A model generated the notes under the pieces. It worked only from the letters and a program-made list of their open reading frames with translations, was not told the DNA's origin and made no database searches. The position numbers were made by a program, and so were the translations under genes. A DNA stretch of 64,000 bases from Octopus sinensis (Eukaryota). Position 1 is the stretch's first letter. Every line of letters starts with the position of its first letter. This document shows, piece by piece, positions 1 to 14,894 of the stretch. The stretch lies in the NCBI RefSeq assembly GCF_006345805.1, contig NC_043001.1:118482001-118546000 (forward strand), in the 5' to 3' direction.

Positions 1-637
1 AGTAAGATATGGGAACCTTTAATATGTGATGGAAGAAACAAATTATTAAGTCTTCTGAAGAAATGTTGAAGGCTGCAATTTTGCAAGGGAGACATATCAA
101 TTGACTCTCCACTTTTATCCTAACAGGATAAAAGGCAAAGACATAAATTAGAATCTCAGACATTGTTTGTCTTTTATTCTACAATTTTACTCTCTTGATG
201 GATGGTAATATTTATTGTTTTGTCACAAGAACAAAAAAAAAAATATGGAGACTCACAGATAATTGAATATATTTTATCACTACTAGTACTTACTTCAGTG
301 ACTTGAAAGAATGAAAGACTAAGTTGGTCCTAGTAAGATTTGAATTCACAACGTAAATGACAATGACCAAATAACTAGAGCTTTACAAATTCTTTTATTC
401 CTGTCCTCTTAAGAACAGTAATCCTCCTCCTACCATCTCATCATCATTATCTTCATTTTGCATCTAATTTTCTATGCTGGCATGAGTTGGATGAATTTTA
501 TGAGGCAATTTTTAGTTGCTTTTGACAAATCATAGAGACATGGTGTACCTATCCTACAATGGGGGTATGCACAGGATATGAACAATGAAGTTGTAAATCA
601 TTTAATTCTGGGGATCTTTACAATTGTTTTGGGCTGT

Positions 638-678
<41 letters not shown>

Positions 679-3600
679 AGCAGGGATGGGGTAAAGACCG
701 GCAATTAGACAAAGTAACTTGTTGGTTGTTACCCCCACAGTTATGTGGGTAACGTGTATTATGACACTTAAATATGTCTAATCTCGTTGTGAATGTTTTT
801 CTTTGCTTAAAACTTATCTAAGTTAGCACAAAAATTTGGCAACTTGAACTATTACTATTTTTGGCCTATTTAGATCTTTTCTGGTGCTCTCTTGTTAAGT
901 ATTGGTTAGGTATCTTTTAGATATTGATAGATTTCATGTCTAGCTTTTATATACCCACGTCTCTTTTTTTCCCCTCTTACCTATGGCTGGTACATGTCTT
1001 TGATAATGTTCTGTGATTGAAATTCAAGATAGAATTACTTTGTTATTGGTGCCCTTAAGAGAAAATCATGAACTCCATTACTTCAGATACCTTTTACATA
1101 TTTCATAATCTTATTGTTATATTACTTGTTAATATATAAAAAAAAAAAAAACTGCCATGAATTGTGAAGTTTTGAATATAGATTGACTGTCAAAAGTTTG
1201 TTAAAAATACTATTAAATTCTGAATAACACAAGGAATATTTTCTCATTCATTAAAAACAAAACAGACCATCAAATGTTAAAATAAACGATCCTGGTATTA
1301 ATTAAAGCATGTTTCTTTTTTCTCATCAAAGCTATAATTATACTAATTTTTGCATTTATTATAGGATTGGTAAAATTTTGAATTAATTTTGAAGTACAAT
1401 TTTTTCTATCAAAATTATTGTTTTTCTTTTTTTTAAATACTTGGTATCATATCTAATTATTTACAATATATTTTATTTTACACTAACACACTATTCAAAA
1501 TTGTTCTCTTCTCCATTGTTTAAACTTGATAGAAATAACCAAGAGCAAATATGTTTAGACCAAAACTGAATATACAATCTTATTTTGATTTTTATAATTA
1601 TACAAGATTTTTCACATAGAGATAACTATTTTTCAAATGAGTAAGATGTGCAGTTTGGTGGAAGGCACTGTCATGTCACATTCCTGGAAATGCCTTAAAA
1701 TAATCAAGAAACTAGGGTCTAACATTATCCAAAGCCATCTGTAGTTAATAAATTTGAGTTTTAAACCCAAATTCATTAGTGACCATATATACTAATGTAT
1801 AGGTCAACTTTGAGACTAATTTTTAAACCTGTGTAGTGGATTGGCTACACCCCAAGTCTGCAGTTATTCTCTAGGCTCAAAATAGTTTCAGTTTTGAAAG
1901 AATATCTACATAATATTTGACTTCCACCTCAGTTATAAACTTAAAAATTGATCTTCAAAAGTATTAACCTTGGCATGGATATATTATACTGGCTAATTGA
2001 ATGTTTATGATATCATATATATGAAAATAATAAATAAACAAAATATTTTTGATACTGTACATGAACATAGTAAATGGTTTTAAAGAAAAGTAATTGATTT
2101 AATCTTTATTAGTGTTGATCCTAACCAGAATAAATGGCTTAAGAACTAAATTAAGAATTTGCTATATTTATCTGTAAACAATTTTAGGTATATATTAATC
2201 TTATGGAATCTCCTCTGAAAGTAGCTGCTGAGCCTTCTATAAGACTGCAGTTCTTATCAGTTCCAAAGAACCAGATGTTATAACCTTAGTTTTTGTCTGA
2301 TAATATTACGTATTCCACATAACATTTACTAACTCTGGGAAGTTATTTCCAGTGAGTGGATTTTTTTTTAAAACAAAACTGAAAAGTGGAAATAAATTTT
2401 AGATAAATGCATGTTTAAAGGAAGGAATCGGGTAAAATGTGTGGTATGTGACCTGGGAAGTGAAGCATATTATTGATAAAAGAGAAGAGAAATAGATATG
2501 ATTTGTTGTTTAAACTGAGACCTGTGCTGTGATGAAAGGTGTGCTAGCCATGATCATACTGTTTTATTTTCAAACACAGTATATTTAGGACTACATTATC
2601 TTTCAGCCTTGCCTTGTTTAAACCAGTAGCATGGGACTTGAAGAATATTTGACTATTTGTTGTAGTTTGAGCGATCTTGTAGAAGTTAGAGGATATGATG
2701 GGCATTTTAAATGGGAGTGACCCAGAACAAGGAAGTAGCGAAGAGATAATGGAAAAGCAATTCATCAGTGTACAACAGATTTGAGCCATTTTATGACTGG
2801 TTTACTTTCTCATTAGAGACTGGTCCATTAAACTGTTGTAGTAGTTGGTTTAACAGTAGACTATTGCATATACTTGAATAGAAATAAAAAAAGTGTTAGA
2901 CCAGAAGGGTCAAATATTATATTGATTCTACTCTTGAGACACTGAAATTCAAAGAACATTCCAAATTGATGTATCAGTAGCAGAACTCCAAATAATTTCT
3001 TAAATGAATAAAAATGGGTGGAGGAGAGAAAAACTAAATAAACTACAGAATTATATTGGTAAATATATATATCATCTAACTTATATAATAAATATTGTGA
3101 TGTAAGATAGCAAATTGGCAGCTTTGTTAGTGTTAGAATACTTTTTGCTATTTGTTTTGACTCTCTGTACTCTGAGTTCACATTCTACTGAAGTTAACTT
3201 TTTGTATCTCTTTGGGGATGATTAAAAAAAGTACCAGTTCAGAATGATACTGTTTAAGTTGGTCAAAATGCTTTACAGTATCTTGCATTCTGACAGCAAC
3301 ACCTGGGATGCCACTGTTACCAAGTTGTATCAGTCTAAGTTAGTGGATTTTCCTTAAACATCAATGGAATGCAGAGGAAGATTTGCATTCATGGCCAACA
3401 GCTAGTTTTCTTCAAAACATGCCTCAACATACTTATGCAGATACAGGCTCCACATCGACTGCTGGAGGCCTTATGTGATGATGTGATGTATTTTTTACCA
3501 CATTAATCATAATACAGTTATTGTAATGTTTCCTTGATGATGAAATTGAGAAATTCCTAATGTAATGTTTCAGTAAATTGTACGTTAAAATGTATAATAA

Positions 3601-4606
3601 TGGGAGGAGAAATTTATTTCCCTATAGTAACATTTATACTCTGGATAATTCTTCAACTAGTAAATGTAAATCTGTTACCTATTCCAAATTGTGAAACCCC
3701 TAAAAACCAGCTGATATTTGCCTAAGTTCAACTTTTGAGTTTATACAGTATATATTTTGTTGATTAATCAATCAACTGATCATTGAAGAATTAATAGCTT
3801 AAGTATTTCTTAATTACCAGCCATAGCCATGTAATTTGATTTCATTTGTAATTTAGAGAATATTTTGAGATAATTGCTTTAAATTCTTGGTTGAAGAAAA
3901 AATATTTGCACTTGGTAAAATCACATTTGAATTAAGTAGTTGAGAAATAGCCAACTTGGCATGAAATTTCTTCATTAATGTTTTGATTCCAAAAAAAAGA
4001 ATGTTTTGGCTAGTTTTGGTTATACATTTTTGTTTTCCAAAATGTTTACATTGAAATGGTTAATTTTATGCAAGCATAAAGAAGAAAAAAAAAAGACCAT
4101 AATTAAACAAAACTGCTCTTGTATTTTTAATTAATCTCAAAACAGCCATTATGGTGATTGTGTTTTTTTTTCCTGTATAATTTAGAAACTAAATTTTTAA
4201 AAGTATTTTCATATATTTTTCTCTAATTTAGAAAATATTGTAAAAAGAAGTAAAAATCAATTAAAAGAAATTATTTGTTATGAAAGGAATAATAGTAATT
4301 GCAAATAAAGTATTACCTGATTTTTAAACATTTATTTTTAATTCAGAAAGTAGTTTAAAGTGAAATAAAAATCCTTTTATTATTATACATTTTAAATTCT
4401 TTTTAATTAACTTTAAAAGCATTTAAGTGTAAAGTAATACTCAATTTTTTTTAATTATTAAAAGGAAAATATTTGGAAGTGAATATTCATTTTTAGACAT
4501 TAAATGTGTTTGTATAATTTAGTAAATATTTGAAAATTTAGGAATGTACAATTACATAATTATACTAACTGTTATCCTAATTACTTGCCTGATCTGATCT
4601 TTTCAG

Positions 4607-4792
4607 AAATATAATATACCAGTAGTTAACAACTATGCTGTGGCGCCACACCATTCTGGTGTCTACCCTGTACATGAACCACTCTATGAAGCCTGGCACA
4701 AAGTGTGGAATATCACTGTGTCTAGTACAGAAGAATATTTACACTTGAGACCTGCAAGGCGAAGAAGAGGATTTTTCTATCGGGGTATTAAG
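4607..4792 (+). CDS. NDST: NDST internal exon (N-deacetylase domain)
   Basis: tttcag|...|gtaaac, 186 nt, phase 0-0. Translates [62 protein letters not shown]; [14 protein letters not shown] is an NDST signature. Confidence 0.97.
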
Positions 4793-5879
4793 GTAAACAA
4801 AAATGAGAAATAGCTTGTTATATAAGTCTTTTCACTTGGCAGTAGAGTGACATTGTTGTTGAGTCCCAAGTCAGCCCTGGCAGGAGCAATAGTGGTGGAT
4901 AAAATGTCTTGTGACATTTGTTTCAACACTTAGGTTCTGAGATCAAATCCTACAAGGACTGTTACTTTAATTTCACTGAACCTGGAAAGGGCAATAAAAT
5001 AAAGTATCTTCCTTTTGACTAAAAGAATTATAAGATATAGAAATGAAACTAAATACTGTAAGGTATTTATTTCAGTATTGACAATACTACTGTCAGATTT
5101 CTAGAATATGACCTTTACAGCCTTGTGGTTAATTCAACTCATGTAGTTGCTGTGAAGCCATCTTGTTAAAGTGCATTTGTACTAAACACATTTGTAGTAA
5201 CAGTTTACTATGAACAATGAATAAATGCAATAAAATAAAAACTCAATGTATTTTTGAAAGAACTTTAATACAATGTGTCTGAGATGAGAACTGGCTAAAT
5301 TGTGACCTTGCTAAGTTACATACTATCAAAAGGATAAAAGTTTCAAAACTAAAAAAAATACTTTAACTTCAAGGATAACAAAATGGAAATTTAGCCCCTT
5401 ATTTCCCATCAGTTTTCATTTGTCATGCACTAGAATAGTTATTATTGTTTTTGTTGTTTTGCTTGTGGTTGGTCCTAATCAGGCAGACCTTTGATGAAAA
5501 GTGTTTTAGCTCTATTCACTCTGCAATTTATTCTGACAGTGACGTTCTAAACTATATTATGCTAAGCATTAATTTCTTTTTTAAATAGTATGATATGAGA
5601 ATCATTTAGCTTCAGTTTCTTGCAGGTTAAATAACCACATGAAGGCAATCTTGTTGGTTCATCACACACACACACACACAGTTTTCTCATTCTATTTAAG
5701 AGCTTTCTCATTCTGTATAAGAACATTTGCTCATTCTATGTAAGAAACTATTCATATTATTAAATAATTTAAAATCAAAATCCAGAAAGGGATCACACTC
5801 AGTATGTCAGAAATTTTGTGTGGTTAGATTTCTCATTTCATCTCATCTTTGTGCATACTTATTCGTGGGAAGGTTGTTG

Positions 5880-6720
5880 GGGGCAGAGTCCTTAAGCATG
5901 CCTTCTACCGGGTCCTTTCAGAAGCAACTATCGCCACTTGATCCAGCTGGATCCCCCAGTGAGACCAACTGAACTCAAGGATGTTATCCAACCATTTTGC
6001 TCACAGTGTACCTATAGGGCACATGTTACTTAGTTTTGCTCATATATCCTGTCCAGCATTTCTTTCCCGAGACATTCTTACCACATGTCCATAGTATTGG
6101 AGCTGTGATGTTTCAATTTGGAGAAACAACAAATCTATCTGCAGCACCTCTCTGAGCTCCAAGCTACAAACTCTTTTGCATGTTGTTACTCCAAAGATCC
6201 ATCTTGGTTACTTGTATTCATGATTGCATTTAGTCATTACTTAAGATTCGTGACCATAAGTAAGTGTAGGCATGAACATTGAATTGAAGATAGTGATCTT
6301 GGCTTTTACACCTATCTTCCTTTTCCCGATGACCTAATGCTGAAGCTTGTGCAGTAATGCCCAAATTCTGCAAGTCTTGCACTTAATTTAGCTTCCTGCT
6401 TTCCATTACTTGTCAAAATGGCCTCAAGATGCTTGAACTTCTCCACCTGCTTCAGTGGAACTCCACTCACCTGTAACGTGCATTGTGCAAGCTTCCTTGA
6501 GAAGATGAGCATCTCAGTCTTTGCAGCGCTGATTTTCATTCCTGCTGTGCAGTACCTGGCAGTAAACTTATGAAGTGCACCCATCAGTCTTGCTACTACT
6601 TCTAATCCAGCAGCACATAACAATCTTGTCTGTAAAAATCATGAACTGGAGAGGTGATAGTCCAATACCCACATAGAATGGTTTTGATTTAGCACCTTTT
6701 ATCTGAACACACATGCTAGG
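5880..6720 (-). mobile_element. Degenerate RTE-type LINE fragment (RT C-terminal part)
   Basis: Minus-strand peptide AGMKISAAKTEMLIFSRK...VSGVPLKQVEKFKHL matches the non-LTR RT thumb region; interrupted by stops and frameshifts. Confidence 0.75.
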
Positions 6721-7489
6721 ACATTCATTGGATCTCATCAGACCCAATGTAGCCAGACCACATGATCTGTGTTTATTTCTTATGACTAAGTCAGAGAATG
6801 CGGGCCTCTGAGAATGGTGGATGAAGATGAGAATGAAATCATGGCTTATTTGTTGCTCCAGTATGCCATATGAAATTATCCTCAGACCTCACCTAAATTC
6901 TTGCTACAGGGTATCATAATCATCATTATCATATCATTTTCCATGCTGGCATGGGCTTAGCAAAACTTGCTGAGACAATACACTGAGGCTGGATGGCCTT
7001 CCTGTCACCAACCCTTACTTAAGTAAAGTACTTATTCCTCTATTCTTTTGCTTGATGAATCACTCAACTGATAGATATGTAGACTCTGCTAAAATCATTC
7101 CAAAGTCTTGTGGTGTTAATGATGTGACTGATTAGATCTTCATCTTTGGTCAAATTGAATACAGTCTGTAGTTATCTATTCATTGACATCCAGTCGTATA
7201 TATTTGTGGTAATAATTTATTTTGTACAGAAAATGAATCAGTTCTTTATGAGAATCTAAATTAGGACATCAATGAATAGTTTGTGTAATATTTCTTAAAA
7301 TTATGTTACAATAGATGTAATTTATTTATCATTGCACCACACCATTATCAGACCAAGAAATTGTTAATAGCTTTTACAAAATCATTTATTTACTGTTAAA
7401 GATTGTTATAAATATGGACATATTTTTCTGTATGTATGTAAACCAATTACTATATAATTGAATTTTAAACATTGTTCACGTGCATCTTT

Positions 7490-7780
7490 ATTACATGCAC
7501 CGCCTGACTGACTCCTGTGTTAGCAGCATGTAAAAAGCACCATTTGAGTGTGGTCAGTGCCAGTACTGCATGACTGGCCCTTGTGCCGGTGGTACGTAAA
7601 AGCACCCACTACACTCTCAGAGTGGTTGGTGTTAGGAAGGGAATCCAGCTGTAGAATCTTTACCAGATCAGATTGGAGCCTGGTGCAGCCTTCTGGCTTG
7701 TCAGCCCTCAGTCAAATCGTCTAACCCATGTCAGCATGGAAAATGGACGTTAAACGGCAACAATGATGATGATGATGATG
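7490..7780 (+). mobile_element. RTE-family 3' end fragment with (GAT)n tail
   Basis: Reverse complement of the 3' UTR seen at 46095-46400; ends in gatgatgatgatg. Confidence 0.8.
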
Positions 7781-8174
7781 AATGTTTGGCCAATCCTATG
7801 TAATAAACTGTTTTACTTCTTAGTGTTTACCCTATTAATAAAGTAATATTTGAAAGCATCCAGGAATAATGGATTAAATCACCACACCATTATCTGGTAG
7901 GTTTTCTCCCAAAGTTAACCAAGTAGTATAAGTCAGTTTTCCATGAGAAAGAGCAGAGAATTTGTTACAGGTAGGATCCTTCATTGAAGACATCACCTTT
8001 TCCCCAGGCTGGACTACATCACTTTGACTAATAGAAGTGTCCATTACAGTTTAGTATATTTTTAAACAGTTTGATTTGTTTATTTATAACAACATTCATT
8101 CTATAATAAAAACTGTCTTATTTCATTAACTTATTTCATTAACTTATTTCATTAACTTATTTCTTTCGACTTAG

Positions 8175-8303
8175 GTTCTTCCTCGCCAAACATGTGGTCT
8201 TTATACTCACAATCTCTTAATAGACAAATACCCAGGTGGTCGTGAAAAGCTAGATGCTAGCATTCGAGGGGGAGAACTCTTCCAGACATTTCTTTACAAT
8301 AAG
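8175..8303 (+). CDS. NDST: NDST internal exon
   Basis: ttag|...|gtaaac, 129 nt, phase 0-0. Translates [43 protein letters not shown]. Confidence 0.97.
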
Positions 8304-8892
8304 GTAAACCCAGCACTTTCTAAAGATATTTTTGTTGTATTTAATAAATACTGAAATACATATATGTAGTTACATATAATCATATGAGTGTACATAGGTT
8401 AATATGTATGTACATATGTGTAGATGTCTGTGTATTTTAGTGTGTGTGTATACGTGTGTATATGTTTGAGTATATGTGTGTATGAGTATATATTATATAT
8501 ATATATGTATGTATGCACATATATATGTATATGTCTATGTATAATAAAATTTTTTTTTAAATTTTGAATTTTAACCTTTGTCTGTGAAAGTAGTGACATA
8601 TATGTGTAGATGGATAAGCATATATATGTGAATACTTTAAGATTATACATATATATCTGTGTGTGTGTATGTGTTTATATGATGCATGTATGTATCTAAG
8701 ACATTGTATCCATTCACCGTAGATGGTGGTGAGAGGGACAAAAATGCACACACATATCAGTACATAAACATACGTTCACATGTACATACACATATGCACA
8801 CACACACACACACACAGACACGTCTACACACTTACATACCTAAATATTCACATACATACATTAATACATACATACTTACATGCACAACTGCC

Positions 8893-10125
8893 TCTACCTA
8901 AAACATAAACAAGGAGGCAGAAGGTTAACATTGATCCAAAATGCCTTTGAATGTCGCATCATATCCCTTTGGCAACATCTTTTAACGGCAAGGTGTTGAA
9001 GTGTATCCCTTGACCGAGTTTGCATACATGAAACTGATAACGTCATAAGACTTGGAAGGCAGCTCCTTGCACAACACTCTTTGTCTGATAACCTAGGATA
9101 CATGCCCAAAGAATTGTCACATGACTCTACCACAACATATCATCAGATGAAAGGATGAGCCTATATGAGCAGAAGACTATGCAAGGACATGCTAGTAGAA
9201 ACCTCCGAGATGATAGTAACATCAATCATCAAAGCAGTTTATCGTAGATGAATAGCCGGATTATTACCTCCCATTTTTGAAGGGTATGCCTTTGCAATCC
9301 AGGAACAGGAAATATCAACCAAGTGCCTGATGCACAAAAGGGATAGAGATGCAGGAAAAGCCGTAATATGTGACTACCGATACAGACTTTGTGGATTTCA
9401 CACTGAAGATATCACCCACATCATAAGCAGTTGTATGAAAATGTCATCACGGTATTATCTACCGATGAGACATGACGTAGCTAGGACACTTTAAAATGAA
9501 ATCCATCACAAGGATAATCTCGAGGACAAAGAAATAAAAACCCACAATATGGTAGAAGCTATAGCCACTCATAATGAAAAGGAATACTGGTGGAATGTAC
9601 CAGTGAAGACCTCAATAAAATATAAGCACAACAGACCTGATATAATGATTTGGGATAGAGAAAAGAAACTGTGCACAGCTGTGGGAATTAGTTGCCCAGA
9701 GGATGTTAATATAAACCTGAAGATCAGTGAAAAAGAGAACACCTATGCTGAACTATTGAGAAATCTACAGTTACTCTATCCAGATTACAAGTTCAAGTTT
9801 ATACCTGTAATTATTGGGTCCCTGGGATATGTAACACACTGCCTAAATACCAGTTTTGAGAAATTAGGCTTCTCAAAATCAGAAAGGTTTAGGTTAATTT
9901 GAAGGCTACAGATCCTGTCCATCACTGGAACTGTAAAAATCTGTAAAACTTTCCAGAAGTTTATCATTTAAATATATATGAGCATGTTTAAATATGCAAC
10001 TCTATGCATGAGAATACATACAAACAAACAAACAAACAAATCCAATGAAGGAACCTTGGTTGTAGGTTAGAAACCAGTTCTTTCTCTATTGGCAAGAAAT
10101 CGTGAAATAAACTGAATAATGACAT
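8893..10125 (+). mobile_element. 5'-truncated R4/Dong-like non-LTR retrotransposon with restriction-like endonuclease
   Basis: Disrupted reading LYLKHKQGGR, zinc knuckle (YRLCGFHTEDITHIISSC), RHD, HNRPDIMIWDR...ISCP...EKENTY, IPVIIGSLG. Lies next to CA/TA microsatellite sequence. Confidence 0.85.
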
Positions 10126-11463
10126 ATATATATCATGAACTAACAGTTACTTTCTCAGATGCAGCACAGAATTTTGTCAGTAAACAGGTCGCGGTTTCAA
10201 AGCAATGAAAATATTTTGACAAATTAAATTTAAATGTTGAAGTGAATCTAACGGTTTTTGTTTGTGTTTAAATGGCTTATAAACACCTTCCACACTGCAA
10301 TTGTTTAATAAATACACTTATTTAATAAATGCACTTACCACTATGTGTAGAAGTTTCATGATTATTTTAAAAACTATGAAATTGTAGAACAGAGATCCAT
10401 GAAATACAATTCCTTTGAAATTGTATTTTCACTGAAATGTTTGAGATTGTAAAATGTCTATATAGGTAGTACTGTAAGTGCTGTCCATTTTCTTTATGGA
10501 TATATCTGTTACCTCTTGTACTGTGAAAGTTATTTATATCTTTACATAAAGAAATAAACAATTTTAACTAAGAAACAAAATGGAATATACAGTTTATCTA
10601 TCTTGTTCATCTACAGTATAACTATTCTGACAAAGCTTTGGCAAATCTTCATATCAGTGAAAATTCATATGGCTGGACTAAAGCCCATATTCACAGTGAA
10701 TTATGTACACTAGTTGCTCCACTGAGCTGTGTATTTTAAGAAACAAATATGATTTGTATCTGTAACTTATTTAATTTATAATATTTATTGGTCAACTGCC
10801 TTACAAATAATAATATGTTGTGTCTATAATAAATAATATTTTCACTTTCATTCCAGTTTTTCTGTCAGTTGTCTTATGAATAGTGTTAGGAACATAATAT
10901 ACAATGCCTTTGGTTTCATTTTATAGTTAAAGCATTACATAACATAGACCAGAGCAGAAAGATAGTGTAGGTTTTTCACCTCTTTAGTCTTTAAATATCT
11001 GGTTATAAATATCAGAAATACTTTTAGATATACTATCATTGTTCAATGATCTTTGCAATTTAACTTTTGCTTTTCTGTAGTATATAGTATTGTTATAGCA
11101 ATTGCACCATAGAAGAGCTATTTTATTGACTTGAAAATACAAAAACTCCCAAATTCATTTTCCACTTATTTCTTAAGTTGTCAAAATTTTTATTACACAC
11201 TGCAACCTCATCCCTATACAATTCTGCTACAACTTTGTCAGAGACCAGAACCTAGTAGTGCAGTGAAAATTTTGACACATAGAAATAAAGTGAATTTAAC
11301 AGCTTTTCTGTATTTTTTTAATAGCTATACCAGCTCTTCCACAATGTAAGGTCTTCAGTTTCAACACACTATCTTGAATGAAGTCACATTTCAGACAAAT
11401 GCAAATTCAAAATATTGGTTTTGAATTGCTAGTTATTCATATGTTTATAATATTTTGTTGTAG

Positions 11464-11646
11464 GTCAACATCTTTATGACACACATGTGCAATTATGGCA
11501 GTGACAGGCTTGCTTTGTACACATTTGAAAGTGCAGTTAAATTTTTGCAATGTTGGACCAACTTACATTTACAAACAATTCCTCCACAAGATCTAGCTCA
11601 AGTTTATTTTTCCTCATATCCAGATGAATTAAACCCAATATGGGTG
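11464..11646 (+). CDS. NDST: NDST internal exon
   Basis: gtag|...|gtaagt, 183 nt, phase 0-0. Translates VNIFMTHMCNYGSDRLALYTFESAVKFLQCWTNLHLQTIPPQDLAQVYFSSYPDELNPIWV. Confidence 0.97.
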
Positions 11647-13554
11647 GTAAGTACAATTTGCTCTCTAATTACTTCATGTACTGCAACCTACATTCTCCTG
11701 TTTCATGTAAACACTTCTATATACCTTATTATCATCATCATCATCCTTTTGGCTAAATTTCGCTGTATATCTTGCCACAAGCCATGGTTCTTTACTTAAC
11801 CTTCCACTGTGGTTCTTTGTATTTTTCTATATTTTTTTTTTTTTAATTATAGGCTATTTTTAGTTATTTTTCTTTCAAGCTCTGTTGTTTTCTTTTGCAC
11901 AAAGCACATAATGCTATTTGCCTGAATCAAAGGACAGTTTTACACTTAATTTAGCATTGGAGGTTAGCAGTAGGTATAACTTTGATCAGGAAAAAACAAT
12001 TTTTTCAACAAAATTCATCTCATCCACGCTACAGTGGAAATATGGTGTCATCTGCTTGCAATTTTCTCTGACATGTCTGCACATACTTGAAAACAAGTGA
12101 GGTTGGTGACAAGATCATCTAGCCATAGAAAGTCTACCTCAACAAATTTTGCCTGACCAAGCAACCGTATGTGGAAAAGTGAATATCTAAATGGTGTGAT
12201 TATGCATGTGTGTGTAATTCCAACTTCTGATGTTTGTATTTGCTTGTTTATAATGTCTACAGAAAGAACTTTCTGTGTGAAAAGGAACAATTATAAATTC
12301 CATTGCTCAAATGCTGACTGAACAAAAATTTTACACTTGGATATGTATTACTGTTTTTATACTTGTATGCGTGTGCATACACAAATGCACGTGCACACAC
12401 ACACACACACCTACCTATCTATCTACATACCTGAAAATTTACACTTTCTATTGTCAAGGCAGTTAGACACAGATTTCTGGTTTATGAAACCAACTGAAGT
12501 TTGATTACAGTAGTGTTTGTAGTTTCAAAAATGAGGAAGTTAAACTCCAATACTGCGATTGATACCTTTTACATAAACCACATTGCCTCTATCCATCTGA
12601 GTAAGACTTGCTTGACTAATTTAACCAAAATTTGCTAACCTAATTTTCTCAGATTATGCAAGTTTTCCAGCATTGTCTTATAAAGGGCTGACTAAATAAA
12701 ATAAATACAAGCTTCATCCTCATCATCGTTGAATGTCCATCTTCTATGCTGGCTTGGGTTGAATGGTTTGACAGGAGCTGGTAAACCTGTGGACTGCACC
12801 AAGCTTCACTGTCTGCTTTGGCATGGTTTTATAGCTGGATGCCCTTCCTAACGCCAAACACTTTATAGAATGGACTGGATACTTCTTTCATTTTTATTGC
12901 ATATGTTTTGTGTGCATTTTTGGCTGGACATACTATTCTATGTACTTGAATTTACACAGCTACTGAAATATAGACAGGTCTTCTAGGACTGACACTTTAT
13001 TCAATATATACTAGGTTGTCATGGACTGACACTTTATCCAAAAGGAGTGTTCTCTCAGTTAATCAAATATATTCATTAATTATGCTGTGCTTCTGTTGTA
13101 CACCAAAGAACAAGAAAGAAAATCACAGTCATCTGTAGTGTGTTTGCAATTCCTATTTAAAACTAGTTTTACTACATATGGTTAAGTATGAAGCTCAAAT
13201 TGCTTCATAACTTTTTATGTGGCATTGTGGAAAAAGAGTGGGGAAAAGAAATTAAACTCTGCTAAACAAGAATATTCGTTTCTTTCACTTATTTTCTCAA
13301 AATACTACATAATATTTGTATTTTAGTAATATACAGTATTTTAATATTTTAAAACTTCTACAAAGTCAATTACGTACTAATTTTTGCTACATTGAGTATG
13401 TTGAATGACCACACAAAAGTGATTCCTTGAGATTTTCCTTGTCTGGAGTGGAGAAAGAAAAAACACACTCAGTCATTTATATAGTCTCCATTTTAAAGCA
13501 CAAAGGGTATTTGGCTATTACATTTGTTTTTGTTTGTTTTTGTTTTATTCTTAG

Positions 13555-13651
13555 AATCCTTGTCGAGATAAAAGACACCTGGCTATTTGGTCACCCAGAA
13601 AAGTATGCAATACCCTCCCTCATCTGATTGTTATTGGACCTCAGAAGACAG
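13555..13651 (+). CDS. NDST: NDST internal exon (start of sulfotransferase domain, 5'-PSB loop)
   Basis: ttag|...|gtaagt, 97 nt, phase 0-1. Translates [32 protein letters not shown](G). Confidence 0.97.
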
Positions 13652-14894
13652 GTAAGTCTTGAAAGACATTTTAGGTATTACACTTACCTTTGAGTTCTTA
13701 TATAAGGAACCATTGGTCTGTGTGTTTGATGTATATGACATCCATATGTGTCCATGTCACTTGTATAATATATAACTTCGGTGGAAGAAGGCAACAAATA
13801 TATAGTTTATAAAGGGGTGAAATAAGATTGTGATGTCATGCTTAAGACAGTTTTAAGCTTTTTAAACATGTCCAACACAATGGTAAAGACAGAAAGATTA
13901 TGTGGATGCAGGGTCTGTTTTGTTTTCCCATTAAGAAAGGAGGAGGTGGCAAAAAATTCTAATATTTTAGTGGAATGTGGGGTCAGCTAAGGACACTTAA
14001 GTGAATGAGCTGTAAAAAAGAAAATATTTAGTTACTTTTAGCAGTAATTTGCGTTTTATCTTTGTTTGTATTTCATCTTTCTTCAAATATGTTATTGTTA
14101 TCATAAAGTGTTCTTTATATTTGTTAACATCAATTATTGTAGATTGGCAGAATTATTAAAGCATCAGATAACACACCTTCCGGTATTTCTTCTGATTCCT
14201 TATATTCTGAGTTCAAATCCTGCTGAGGTCAACTTTGCCTTTCATTCATTTGCCATCATTAAAGTAGCAGTCAAAATTCTGGTGTCAGTGTTATTGAATA
14301 ACCCCTCCTCTCAAAATGCTAGCTTTGTGTCTAAATTAGAAACAATTATTATTACTTTTATTATATTTTTTTAGCTAATATTTTTTAGCTGTCAAAAAGC
14401 ATTTTAAAAGAAGCTGAAACTGGTATTTGATAAATACACCATAACCTACATTCCATATATTTGATATGGAATATTACAATAAATCATATATTGCCAGATT
14501 GGGTTCTGATCAAAGCTCATTCACCAAAAGTTATATAATTTGTCAGTAATTGATGCAGCATGCATTCTAAATACACAATAACATCATTATGACATGTCCC
14601 ATGTATAATACTGTTGTAGTGAGACATACATAGAGAATATACATATTTTATTCAATAAACATTCACTCCAAAACATATCAAAACATATTTTTGAACTTGT
14701 AAAACAATGAAGTTCAGTGAAACTAGTGGTTGTGTGTTTTGGCAAAAGGTTCTGATAGCAGAAAGAATTTTCCCTGAAAGGAAGAAAAGTGTAACATTTT
14801 AGACAGAATCCTTCACTGGGGAGAGATGAAATTTCAATCCATATTGCTGGATTGGGTGTCAAGTGTATTCTGATTAGTTTATCTTAATTTAACA

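Noticed and set aside
1-4606. Upstream NDST exon and the ORFs at 2544-2789 and 2861-3181
   Set aside because: No NDST-like peptide or convincing splice pair was found; treated as intron with decayed SINEs.
10040-10085. Hammerhead-like ccaatga...gaaaccagttc in the R4-like 3' UTR
   Set aside because: Two core mismatches and no stem I.
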